A stretch of DNA of 64,000 nt from Octopus sinensis (GCF_006345805.1 NC_043007.1:12462001-12526000); one strand, 5' to 3'. Counted from the first letter of the stretch, positions 13,991 through 25,844 are shown. The notes: generated by a model from the letters alone, not told the origin. A program made the numbers and translations.

Positions 13991-14120
13991 CCTTTCTACT
14001 ATACGTACAAGACTTGAAATTTGTGGGGAATGGACTTGTCGATTACATCGACCCAGTGTTTAACTGATATTTAATTTATTGACCCAGAAAGGATGAAAGG
14101 CAAAGTCGAACTCAGAACGT
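13990..14120 (-). mobile_element. Family C SINE 3' fragment
   Basis: GAAAGGATGAAAGGCAAAGTCGA core shared with family C. Confidence 0.7.
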
Positions 14121-14149
14121 AAATAAATGCCCCGATGCAGTATCAGGAA

Positions 14150-14690
14150 GTGGTTCTCTTGGCTTTTGATCTTAACTGATTGGAAGTGTTATCATGTACA
14201 TATTTTGTCTTGGTATAAAAGATGGGCTACAACAAATATTCTGCTCAGTACCACAGATTTGCTTGTCAGTTGTTTGACCTTAGCTTGTTGAGCATGTTCC
14301 TTAGTGGCTGACAATATGGGCATCTTTGATCACAAGCAGAAGTAGTGGGGAAGCATCATAGCCATGTGTTAGGAATTCTTTAGGATTTGAATAATTCATC
14401 ATTGGAAACATAGGTGTTCCATCCATCATCCTTAAACAAACCTTATTTAAGGACCTTTTGAGTGTGGGATGGGTTACTCAACCTGAAGAAAATTCTAACT
14501 GGGTCTCCACCTGCAAGGCCATGTGTTGTTTATCTTGATATGCGATCACCATGTCACACACATGGTCGTGATGCATGCACCTGGTGTACCCTTATCAGAC
14601 AGGTTGTATGATGGGTCTATTGGGCATCGTATATTTGTACCCCAGTGTCAGTTTGATGACATGCACTGCTCTCTCACTCAATAATAATTT
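14150..14690 (+). mobile_element. Family B ~530-bp repeat
   Basis: Similar to 725-1260, same (AAT)n tail. Confidence 0.75.
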
Positions 14691-14944
14691 TTTTTCTTTA
14701 TAGACCCAGGCCTATTCCCCATTTATTTTAGGTGGGTAGCCACAACAAGACACACTAGGCATTCCATTCATTTCCCATGGTCAAGGCAAAGAACACAACC
14801 CCCAATTTCAGCAGCAGGGCCTGACAACATACACTGGTTTACCCCCGCTACATCATGTTGGTTCCATACCCCTTTGAGCAACATCAAATTCACTCATCCA
14901 TCCACAAACTCTCTCCAAATTTTCTAATCATTCATCGAAGACCG

Positions 14945-15003
14945 GTGATTGTCGTGCACTGACGACTCATAAATACCCAGAAACCTGGGTCCGCGCATAT
15001 CAC
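14945..15003 (+). ncRNA. Degenerate type-I hammerhead ribozyme motif
   Basis: CUGACGA (14959-65), GAAAC-CUGG-GUC (14980-91), bulged stem I closed by GUGAU/AUCAC. Stem II does not pair. Confidence 0.35.
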
Positions 15004-15214
15004 TTCAGGTCGACAATGGGAAGGATGGCTTCCCTTTGCAAATACTGATAGGGCACAGAAAGTGTGTCAATAACCAGCTGGAGAAGATGTTCTCCTGGGG
15101 CTACAAGCTACAGTAGCATCCACCCTTAGTAGTTAGCCACATTTAAGTAGCAAACTTAACAGCGGTGCACCAGCATGGCCACAGCTCTGAGCTGAAACTA
15201 GAGAGAAAAAAAAA

Positions 15215-15365
15215 CTCTTTTACCTCTCTCACTCCAACACTTCTAACCACCAAGACTTTCTTCACTCCATCCATCCACACAAACTGAGGTCTGCCTCTGG
15301 TTCTGCTGCCTACCACTTCTGCCTTTATCACCTTCCTTACCATCTGCTCCTCATCCATCCTCTAG
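15215..15365 (-). mobile_element. RTE-like LINE ORF C-terminal fragment
   Basis: MDEEQMVRKVIKAEVVGSRTRGRPQFVWMDGVKK matches the RTE C-terminal G.R.RGRP..W.D motif. Confidence 0.6.
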
Positions 15366-15689
15366 GGAAATACGATGACTTGTAAGATAAGTCTTTGTTT
15401 CTAAGGAAACTGGTTGTGACACGATATCAAGGACATTGATTCTAAATATAAAACATTCATGCACACCATAGTGGTGGTGGTAGTGGTGATTATGATGATG
15501 GTGATGGTTTCTTTATTAACAGCTAAGGGTTAGCAAATAGACTGAGTACAGTACAGGATGAAGCAATAAAATGCGATGTGATGTGGAGTTACATGAAGGT
15601 GTGTGAACAGTAAAAATAATTAAAAAAAACGAAGAAACAAGCAAATTCAAATAAGAAAAATTTCCCAAAATGGGGGAACTTCCAAATGA

Positions 15690-16260
15690 TGCTCATGGAA
15701 ACCCCACCAAACCCACAGTTGCCCTGACCCCTAAGGCAGCACTTCCCTCTCCACCTTCACTTGCCTTTTCAAAAGAAGCTTGAAAAAGTTGATGAGGGCT
15801 TGGCCAAGGAGGAAATTGTTTGTCTCCAGCCCTTTCACCCCACCTCTTTCACCAAGGCCACCAGACAAATAAACACAGCCTGCCTTTCCCAGCCAAAGGA
15901 TAATCTTCACAATGGACTCAGCTGATAGCCAGATCCATCTTACACACAACAGGAGGTGTTTGACATAAATCAACAAGTCAGCAATGGATGAGTAGATGCA
16001 AAACATTTTTGTTTCTCTGCATGCATCTTGTGCAAGCTCAGCTAACTTGCATGTCTGTAGGATTTTATCTCAAAATGGAAAAACCCTCTGGTAGTACTAT
16101 AATGCCAGGGATTTCTGGAAACTATCCCTGGACCTTGGCTCAAAAGTCCTCCAGAACAGATCAACCAGTTGATTTTCATCAAAGCCCAGAAAGGTAGAGA
16201 GCTGTGAATGCTTGATGACATTCCAGATGCCAAGCACCATCTCTTGGTCTTTGCTTGACC
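15690..16260 (-). mobile_element. Decayed LINE (possibly L1/Tx1-like) ORF2 C-terminal fragment
   Basis: Broken frames including IADLLIYVKHLLLCVRWIWLSAESIVKI and FLLGQALINFFKLLLKRQVKVER. The family call is from recall only. Confidence 0.35.
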
Positions 16261-16269
16261 TCAGAATAA

Positions 16270-16600
16270 TCATCATCATCATCATCATCAATGTTTAACG
16301 TCCGTTTTCCATGCTAGCATGAGTTGGATGGTTCGACCAGGGTCTGCACCAGGCTCCAGTCTGATCTGGCAGAGTTTCTACAGCTGGATGCCTTTTCTAA
16401 TGCCAACCACTCCGTGAGTGTAGTGGGTGCTTTTTACGTGCCACCAGCACAGGGACCATGGGAGGCTGGCAAACAGCCACGATCGGTTGGTGCTTTTACG
16501 TGTCACCGACACGGACGCCAGTCAGGCGGCGCTGGCATCTGCTACGTTTGGACAGTGCTTTTTACGTGTCACCAGCACAGGGATCACAGCTACAATTTCC
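16270..16600 (-). mobile_element. RTE LINE 3' UTR fragment
   Basis: (CAT)n-GTTTAACGTCCG..GCTGGATGCC..GCCAACCACTCC block, matching the 3' end of the ORF-bearing copy at 55210-56520. Confidence 0.8.
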
Positions 16601-17029
16601 ATTTTAATAATAATTCTAATAATAACTGTAACATCTACTTTTCTCTGCTCTGCTTTTTCATGCTTGCATTGGTTGGGCAGAGTTCATTGAGGCAGATTTT
16701 CTAAGGTTGGATACCTTACCTATTGCTAACCCTCACACATTTGCAAGCAGACATGTTTTTTGCAGAAGATTGGACCATTTGTATGAAGATGATATTTGTT
16801 TACAATTACAGGCTGTTTTTGGTTTCTGTTTACCAAATACATCCACACACCCAGGACTACAACAGATGACATGTATGTGTGTGTGTGTGTGTGTGTGCGT
16901 GCGTGTATGTATGTGTATGTATGAGACACAGTGTCTCTAAAGTCTGTGTGCAAGCTGTTCCGTTGATTGTATCAGCTGGGAACCTAATTGTCATAACCAA
17001 TGGAGTGCTTCCTATACATACATCATCAT

Positions 17030-17680
17030 CTCAGCTAACTTGCATGTTTGGGAAGTCAGGGGCTGCACCAGGCTCCAGTCTGATTTGGCAGTGTTTCTAC
17101 ACCTGGATGCCCTTCCTAATGCCAACCACTCCGCGAGTGTAGTGGATGCTTTTTACGTGCCCCGGCACAGGTGCCAGGGGAGTCTGGCATCGTCCACAAT
17201 CGGTTGGTGCTTTTAACGTGCCACCAGCATGGAAGCCAGTCAAGGCGACGCTGGCATCGGCCACGTTCGGATGGTGCTTTTTATGTGCCACCGGCACAGA
17301 AGCCAGTCAAGGCGGGGCTGGCATCGGCCACGTTCGGATGGTGCTTTTTATGTGCCACTGGCACAGAAGCCAGTCAAGGCGGCGCTGGCATCGGCCACGT
17401 TCAGATGGTGCTTTTTATGTGCCACCGGCACAGGTATCACAACTACTATTTCCATTGATATTTATTTCGATGTTCATGTACTTGACTCAATAGGTCTCCT
17501 CAAGCACAGCGGGATGTTCTGGTATCCAAGGTACTTTGAATGGGCAGGGGCTATGCGGGACTGATGCAGGAAGCAGCCCGGGTTTTTGCAGTCACAGCAT
17601 ATCTCCAGAGATCTCGGTCCTTTGTCATTGCCTCTGTGAGGCCCAACGCTCTGAGGTCATGCTTGACTACCTCCACATAC

Positions 17681-17690
<10 letters not shown>
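17030..17690 (-). mobile_element. RTE LINE 3' end including the last ORF codons
   Basis: Minus-strand VVKHDLRALGLTEAMTKDRDLWRYAVTAKTR, then the 3' UTR with 67-bp internal repeats. Confidence 0.85.
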
Positions 17691-17721
<31 letters not shown>

Positions 17722-17884
17722 TTTGTGTGTTAAGGCTACCATTGGTTTCTTATTAAGTAAATATTTTAAGAATTTTTCAAGCCAATCACATGAAGAAATT
17801 GGTGTTTAACTTCATTTTGCTGTTTCAATCCAAAATGGAGATGAACACCAAATGTAGCCTTAATACATAATAAAGTATATATTT

Positions 17885-17929
<45 letters not shown>

Positions 17930-17931
<2 letters not shown>

Positions 17932-18480
17932 CATCGTTTAACATCCGCTTTCCATGCTGGCAAGGGTTGGACTGTTTGACTGAGGACTGACGAACCAGAT
18001 GGCTGCACCAGGCTCCAGTCTGATCTGGCAGAGTTTCTACAGCTGGATGCCCTTCCTAATGCCAACCATTCCAAGAGTGTTGTAGGTGCTTTTACGTGCC
18101 ACTGGCACAAGGGCCAGTCAGGCGGTACTGGCGATGGCCATGCCCAAATGGTATATTTTATGTGCCACGTGCACAGGAGCCAGTCCAGCAGCACTGGCAA
18201 CAACCTCACTCAAATGTTTTTCGTGTGCCACCAGCACGAGTGCCAGTAATGTGACATTGGTAATGAGCACGGTCAAATGGTGCTTTTTATGTATCTCAGG
18301 CATGGAAGCCAGTCAGTGGCTCTGGCATAGATCATGCTCGGATGGTGCTTTAACGTTCCACTGGAACAAGTGCCAGTGAGGCGGTGCTGTCTTGGGCAAC
18401 ATCAGCGAATTTGATTTTGATTGTAATTTCACTTGCCTCAACAGGTCTTTGCAAGCAGAGTTTAGTGTCCAACGAAAGAA
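17930..18480 (-). mobile_element. RTE LINE 3' UTR fragment
   Basis: Same 3' UTR blocks as the other copies. Confidence 0.8.
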
Positions 18481-18500
18481 AGGAATGCATAAATAGATAA

Positions 18501-18557
<57 letters not shown>

Positions 18558-18679
18558 GAGATATTAGATGGAAAAAGACAACAAAAACCAAGGCAAGATG
18601 AGTATCTCAAGTCATTTAGAATATTTAGAGTAAGGTGAATTTGAGGTAATTAGTTGATTAATTAATTAATTATTGGTGT

Positions 18680-18858
18680 AGAAGTGGCTGTGTGGTAAGT
18701 AGCTTGCTTACCAGCCACATGGTTCTGGGTTCAGTCCCACTGTGTGGCACCTTGTGTCTTCTACTATAGCCTCGGGCCAACCAAAGCCTTGTGAGTGGAT
18801 ATGGTAGACAGAAACTGAAAGAAGCCATAGTATATATAAATATACAATATATATATAT

Positions 18859-18952
<94 letters not shown>

Positions 18953-19306
18953 GTATATATATGTGTGTGTATATATATATATATATATATGTGTGTGTAT
19001 ATATATATACACACACATATATATACATATATATATATATGTGTGTGTGTGTGTGTATATATATATATGTGTATATATATATATGTATGTATATGATTGT
19101 GTGTCTGTGTTTGTGCCCCCCAGCATTGCTTGACAACCGATGCTGGTGTGTTTACGTTCCTGTCACTTAGCAGTTCAGCAAGAGAAACCAATAGAATAAG
19201 TACTAGGTTTACAAAGAATAAGTCCTAGGGTTGATTTGCCTGACTAAAGGTGGTGCTCCAGCATGGCTGCAGCCAAATTACTGAAGCAAATAAAAGAATA
19301 AAAGAA
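18680..19306 (+). mobile_element. Full-length tRNA-derived SINE (family A) with an expanded internal microsatellite
   Basis: Head GTGGCTGTGTGGTAAG (A-box-like) and GGTTCAGTCC (B-box-like), body, internal (TA/TG)n, tail ending AAATAAAAGAATAAAAG. Confidence 0.85.
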
Positions 19307-19313
19307 ATGGATG

Positions 19314-19387
19314 TCTTACAGCTGTTTCTGGGATATCCCAAGAGATAGGTTAGCATCTCCATACACTAAGTACTCCATCATCGGAGA
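19314..19387 (-). ncRNA. Type-I hammerhead ribozyme relic (U4C core change)
   Basis: Minus strand: UCU-CCGAUGA-UGG...CCA-GAAAC-AGCU-GUA-AGA. Palindromic stem III ACAGCUGU, 3-bp stem I, 3-bp stem II base. Confidence 0.55.
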
Positions 19388-19636
19388 TAAGGTGAGTATG
19401 TATGAGGGAATTCACAGTTTATAAATTAATTAAATAGTAGGTAGAAGAATAAAGAGTAAAACAGTAGATGGAAGAATGCAAACAGGAGAATAAATTCACA
19501 GCTCATCTTCTAGAGGGTATGGAGGTTGGTCCATACTTCCATGAAGGCATAGGTCCTTAGAATAGATCAACATGAATGCAACATTCATAATACTACCTGG
19601 ATTAACCAGGGATTATACTATTTTATTCCTAAATTT

Positions 19637-20222
19637 AGAAAATGGGTGCCTAATGAATTGTCTGAAAGCAACCGCAATTCCTGAGTCGACATCTGCTCTT
19701 CTCTCCATTCTCACAAACTCATTTCACCCTTTTTGGATAGAATTGTGACTGGTGACGCAAAATGGATCTTCTATTGAAATGTTAAACGTCGTAAACAGTG
19801 GCTTGGTAAAAGGGAAGAAGCTCAACCACAGCCGAGAAGGGAACTTCATGGGAAAAAAGTTCTTCTCTCTATCTGGAGGGATTACAAAGGAGTAATTTAC
19901 TTTGAATTGTTACCACTTAATACAACAATCAATGCTCAAGTCTACTGTCAGCAATTAGAGCGTGTGAACCAAGCTTTGAAGGAAAAAAGACCCACTTTAG
20001 TGAATCGAAAAGGAGTGATGCTTCATCAGGACAGTGCGCGACCCTACCCTGCAAAGATCACATCACATTAAATTGAAGAGCTTGGTTGGGAAAAAATTCC
20101 TCATCCACCTTATTCTCCCAACCTTGCTCCTCCAGACTACCATTTGTTTCGTAGTTTACAGAATGATTTAGGAGACATAACTTTCGCAAGCCAGGATGAT
20201 GTCAAAACTGACATTGAAATTA
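19637..20222 (+). pseudogene. Mariner (DD34D) transposase catalytic-domain pseudogene
   Basis: One frame: KWVPNEL...FLDRIVTGDAKW...KKVLLSIW...MLHQDSARP...HPPYSPNLAPPDYHLFRSLQN, with three in-frame stops. No TIRs seen. Confidence 0.92.
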
Positions 20223-20290
20223 GACCCATGAGTGTCCAATTTCAACAATACAGATGGTTACGAGTCCTTCTATATATTTTGAGAATTGAA

Positions 20291-21132
20291 GGTGGCAAGC
20301 TGGCAGAAATGTTAGCATGCTGGGCGAAATGCTTAGTGGTATTTTGTCTGTCGTTACGTTCTGAGTTCAAATTCCGCCGAGGTCGACTTTGCCTTTCATC
20401 CTTTCGGGGTTGATTAAATAAGTACCAGTTACGCACTGGGGTCGATGTAATCGACTTAATACCTATGTCTGTCCTTGCTTGTCCCCTCTATGTTTAGCCC
20501 CTTGAGGGTAATAAAGAAATAGGTATTTCATTTGTCGTCACATTCTGAGTTCAAATTCCGCCGAGGTCGACTTTGCCTTTCATCCTTTCGGGGTCGATTA
20601 AATAAGTACCAGTTACGCACTGGGGTCGATTAAATAAGTACCAGTTACGCACTAGGGTCGATGTAATCGACTTAATACCTCTGTCTGTCCTTGCTTGTCC
20701 CCTCTATGTTTAGCCCCTTGAGGGTAATAAAGAAATAGGTATTTCATTTGTCGTCACATTCTGAGTTCAAATTCCGCCGAGGTCGACTTTGCCTTTCATC
20801 CTTTCGGGGTCGATTAAATAAGTACCAGTTACGCACTGGGGTCGATTAAATAAGTACCAGTTACGCACTGGGGTCGATGTAATCGACTTAATACCTCTGT
20901 CTGTCCTTGCTTGTCCCCTCTATGTTTAGCCCCTTGTGGGTAATAAAGAAATAGGTATTTCGTTTGTCGTCACATTCTGAGTTCAAATTCCGCCAAGGTC
21001 GACTTTGCCTTTCATCTTTTCGGGGTCGAATAATAACGTACCAGTTTCGCACTGGGGTCGATGTAATCAACTTAATCCGTGTATCTGTCCTTGTTTGTCC
21101 CCTCTATGTTTAGCCCCTTGAGGGCAATAAAG
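20291..21132 (+). mobile_element. Family C tRNA-SINE: one head plus four head-to-tail body units
   Basis: Head GGTGGCAAGCTGGCAGAAATGTTAGC and B box GTTCAAATTCC. Junction AAAGAAATA/GGTATTTC at 20522, 20738 and 20954. Confidence 0.9.
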
Positions 21133-21688
21133 AAATATATATATATTCTGAGAATACAAACTCCAGATCCAGGAGGGATCTATTGTGTATGCAGGGTGGA
21201 GTTGAAAGACTGCACGGGTAATAAATATAGCAGGTTTGTCTGCAGGGGTACTACACACTGAGCTGCCTGTATTGAGGAAGTGGGGTAAGAAGAATCAACA
21301 AAGTTAGACGGTATCCTTTTGGCAGGGGACCAGAATGCACCACAGCTGATGTTAACTAGAAGCGTGAGCCTGCAGGATGTGTTTCTGCACAAACGGCAGC
21401 TTCCCTTTGCTCATTCTCTCGATAGACATCTTGCTTAAATTTCATGAGCAGACATATTCCTCCCTGTTGGAGATGGTGGCTGATTTCATTCAGATGTTTT
21501 GCGGGTGCTTTTTTTTTCTCTGCATACTTGTACTAAATTAGTATCCTATGACAAGACAATTCCTGCTAGTTACATCTTTGCTTGTGTTGAATTAGTTATG
21601 TTCTGTTTTGGGGTGTTTTTTCTGTACGATTTCTTTCTCTTTAGAAATCTATTTATTTAAATATCACTTTTTTTAATTCCTACACACA

Positions 21689-21729
<41 letters not shown>

Positions 21730-21785
21730 CACAACACACACACACACACACACACAAGTGCGCACACGCATAGAACACACATATA

Positions 21786-22130
21786 GACATTGTCAAGTAA
21801 ACATGTACACAGAAATACATGCACACTATAAAGTACATATACATATATACACCCACATTAACACACACATGTAGACATGCTTAAGCAAACATATACACAT
21901 ACACATATATATATGATACACACACAGACATTGTCAAGTAAATATGTACACACACAGATACATATACACTATTAAGTACATATACATACATACATACATG
22001 CATATATACACTCATGTATATAGGCATCATCAAGTAAATATTTACACACAAATATATATATATATACTGTACAAAGTATATATACATACAAAACACAAAC
22101 ATAAACATAAACATGCTCAAGCAAACATGT
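21786..22130. repeat. Local degenerate repeat (GACATTGTCAAGTAAATATGTAC unit), resuming at 22594
   Basis: Unit seen near 21786, 21926, 22028 and 22594. Confidence 0.7.
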
Positions 22131-22204
22131 ACACACACACACACACACACCACACACACACACACACATACACACACACATACACACACACACACACACA
22201 TATT

Positions 22205-22423
22205 ACTCTCTCTCTCTCTCTTTTACTTGTTTCTGTCTTTTGACTGCGGCCATGCTGGAGCACCGCCTTTTAGTCGAGCAAATCGACCCCGGGACTTATT
22301 CTTTTTGTAAGCCCAGTACTTATTCTATCGGTCACTCTTTTGCCGAACCGCTAAGTGATGGGGACGTAAACACACCAGCATCGGTTGTCAAGCAATGCTA
22401 GGGGGACAAACACAGACACACAA

Positions 22424-22458
<35 letters not shown>

Positions 22459-22580
22459 CATATATACGGCGGGCTTCTTTCAGTTTCCGTCTACCAAATC
22501 TACTCACAAGGCATTGGTCGGCCCGGGGCTATAGCAGAAGACACTTGCCCAAGATGCCACGCAGTGGGACTGAACCTGAT
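22205..22580 (-). mobile_element. Family A SINE, 5'-truncated
   Basis: Reverse complement of the family A body and tail. Confidence 0.85.
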
Positions 22581-22782
22581 GTACTACACACACAGACATT
22601 GTCAAGTAAATATGTACATGCACAAATACATATATATATATATATACTATTAAGTACATACACACACACACACACACACACACATTCACATACATTCACA
22701 CACACATATAAGTAGAATTAAATTACCTCGCGCTGACGCACAGACAACGCAAACTGTATGGTGATTGTCCATTTTGGTCAGG

Positions 22783-22882
22783 NNNNNNNNNNNNNNNNNN
22801 NNNNNNNNNNNNNNNNNNNNNNNNNNNNNNNNNNNNNNNNNNNNNNNNNNNNNNNNNNNNNNNNNNNNNNNNNNNNNNNNNN
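22783..22882. other. Assembly gap (100 N)
   Basis: Run of N. Confidence 1.
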
Positions 22883-23034
22883 CGAAAAGGAGAAGCAAAA
22901 TTCCACCACGACCGCTACTTCAAACAGACACTCACTCTGACGGAAATATACCCAAGTAAAAAGAAGGGGAAAAAAATTCTTTCGTGCAAATCTGACCCTG
23001 ATACATACGATACAGCTAAGGGTCAGACCCGATT

Positions 23035-23515
23035 CTGATTGGTCAACAAGTTGATGACGTCTAGCTCAGCTAGAAGGACAGGATACAAACAGGGGACAGT
23101 CATTAGTCAGAATATTGATGACGTCCTTTTCTGCTTGAATAGTCACCTAACAAGTACAGACAGGGGGCAGATCTAATGTAGCTATAAGTCGTGATTGGGC
23201 AGAATCTGCATGACGTCCCGTTCTGCTTGACTAACGAAGCGACTGGTCAGGACAGGAAACAAACAAGAGGCAGTTATAATGCAGCGATTGGTCAAAATAA
23301 TGATGACGTCCCGTTCTACTTGACTAACGAAGCGACTGGTCAAAACAGGAAACAAACAAGAGGAAGTTATAATGCAGCGATTGGTCAAAATAATGATGAC
23401 GTCCCGTTAAAGCCACCTAATGAAACGATTGGTCGAAACGTTGATGACGTCACGCTACGCTGAATTGACACCTAACAGGCATTATAAAACCGAACACTTC
23501 ACAAAAACTCATTAG
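23035..23515 (+). promoter_or_regulatory. LTR/viral-like Pol II enhancer-promoter: six ATTGG-N12-TGACGTC modules, ~93-bp tandem units, TATAAAA (23483), Inr-like TCATT (23509)
   Basis: Modules near 23039, 23102, 23194, 23288, 23380 and 23428 (one ATTAG variant). ETS-like GGAA cores in the 93-bp units. TATA to putative +1 is 28 nt. Confidence 0.6.
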
Positions 23516-24059
23516 AACCACCCAGCGAACATCCACCATGGGTCATCACATTTGCTTAAGGTAAAAATGAATTCTCGCTCTTCGGAAACATCAATCTTCT
23601 GTATTGACCGCTTTCCACCACTTTGATCTGTTTTTTGTATTGAATACATATCGCCACCGTGGACCACTGCATCGAACACTTTGAACATATACTTCAAACT
23701 ATATATCAACTATACATGAACTATATATAACTATACATGAACTCTAAGATGTCTGACTCCGTTGTGTATTATAAATGAATTTCTTGTGTTTGACGGCATG
23801 AGCTGTCTTTTTTTTTTTTTTATATATAACTTTTTTTGATAAAGTTCATTTCAGGAACTGAAACATGTTATAATGTATATATATAAAAATTAAAAATTGT
23901 ATAATACAGCAGCATTTTCGAACTTCATTTTTTACAAATATATATATATATACAGAGATGGGCACCATTAATTGAAAAGTTAACTTTATTAATCGTTAAT
24001 CCGTTTAAATCTTTGAAAATGTAACAGAAGTTAACATTAATCCGTTAATTCTTTTATAC

Positions 24060-24285
24060 ACTTTTACTCTTTTACTCGTTTCAGTCAATTTGACTGTGGT
24101 CATGCTGGAGCACCGCCTTGAGTCGAACAACTTGATCTCAGGAATTATTCTTTGTAAGCTTAGTTCTTATTGTATCGGTCTCTTTTGCCGAACTGCTAAG
24201 TTAAGGGGGATGTAAACACACCAACATCAATTGTCAAGTGATGCAGAGGGGACAAACACAGACACAGACACACACACACACACAG

Positions 24286-24290
<5 letters not shown>
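24060..24290 (-). mobile_element. Family A SINE 3' half
   Basis: Reverse complement of the family A tail. Confidence 0.8.
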
Positions 24291-24364
<74 letters not shown>

Positions 24365-25129
24365 AAATGCAAAATGGGATAAGAACGCAAAACATCCGGA
24401 CAACTAGATGACACAAAAAGGGACAACAAAACATCCAGATAGATGATACAAAAAAACAAGCACGGGTCTTTCGAAGCTTTCTGTCCTCAGTCAAGAACCA
24501 GATCATCTTCACAATTTCAGCTGATTAATCTTGAGATTGCTCTAATCTGGCCAGCCCCAAGGAAAAACTAAGCTAAGAGCATTAGATTCCTTGGAAGGAA
24601 GCATCGTTGTCTACTCCTCATGCAGAGTCTGAACACCTCTTGTACTTACGCCTTAGATCCACCATGGCATCTGATGTGGCTTTTTAAACAAGACAATGTA
24701 TTGGAAAGACGCCCACATAGATTACATATCGGATTTGGACCACCAGGAGTTGCAGTTAAGTTCTGATCTTTGTGGATCTTAAATATATGAATAAGTGTGT
24801 ATGCCTGTGTGTGTGTTGTGTGTATGTGTGTGTGTCTGTATGTTTGTGTGTTTTGTGTGCGTGAGTGGATAAACTTCCAATGTACTTTTAAGGGCTATTG
24901 TTTTATTGCTTTTGTGTAATCCAACAAATGAAAGGCAATTATTCCCCTTGGACAAGTTCCCAGTCTTCATCAATAATAATTATGTGTGCGTGTGTGTGTG
25001 TGTGTGCACGCGTGCATATGTGAGTGCACCTGCATATGGGTGTGTGTATGTGTGTATGTGTGTGTGTGTATATATATATTTATGTGTGTGTAGATATATA
25101 TATATATACACACATATATAGAGCGACTA

Positions 25130-25530
25130 ACCGGCTTCCATGCCAGTGGCACATAAGAGGCACTATTCGAGTGTGATCGTTACCAGCTTCGCCTTACTGG
25201 CACTTGAGCCCTGTGCTAGTAGGGTGCTAAGGGCACCATCTGAGTGTGGTTGTTGCCAGTGAGGCTAACTGGCTTCTCTGCTGGTGGCACGTAAAAGGCA
25301 CCATTCGAGCGTGATCGTTACAAGCATCGCCTTACTGGCACTTGTGCCAGTGGAACATGTAAAAACATTTGAGCGAGGTCGTTGCCAGTACCGCCCGACT
25401 GGCCCCCGTGCCAGTGGCACTCGCAGAGTGGTTGGCGTTAGGAAGGGCATCCAGCTGTTGGCGTTAGGAAGGGCATCCAGCTGTAGAAACTCTGCCAGAT
25501 CAAGATTGGAGCCTGGTGCACCATCCAATG
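25130..25530 (+). mobile_element. RTE LINE 3' UTR fragment
   Basis: GTGGCACGTAAAAGGCACC repeats and GTTGGCGTTAGGAAGGGCATCCAGCTGT (locally duplicated). Confidence 0.75.
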
Positions 25531-25844
25531 CAAGCGGACATCTGCATGGTACCGTCGTGGTGATATTAGCTTTATTGACTTTTTGTGAAATGACACATTT
25601 TAATATATTGGACTGTTTAATATATATGCCTGCTTTGAGTGTGAGTGTGTCTGTTGTGGTTTCTTGATGTTGGTTGAGGAGCTGTGGAGTCCAATATGGA
25701 ACATTGTTGTGTTTGTTGATGTATATTGATCTATATTGTTTATATTGTATTATTGTGTATATATATATATATATGTAGGAATATGAGTGTGTATGCACAC
25801 ATATTTATATTTATATGTAAATTATTTAGGATTTGTACTAATAC

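Noticed and set aside
21295-21345. ILLAGDQNA, resembling the APE endonuclease GDFNA motif
   Set aside because: One motif in a short stop-bounded frame is too little to call a LINE.
20291-23460. CRISPR-like arrays (SINE multimer, 93-bp units)
   Set aside because: No unique spacers between repeats, no cas genes, eukaryotic context.
23035-23460. ER-stress element (ERSE)
   Set aside because: ERSE is CCAAT-N9-CCACG; here the partner is TGACGTC at 12 bp on the other side.
24450-24500. Minus-strand CUGAGGA...GAAA
   Set aside because: Stems I-III cannot be formed convincingly.
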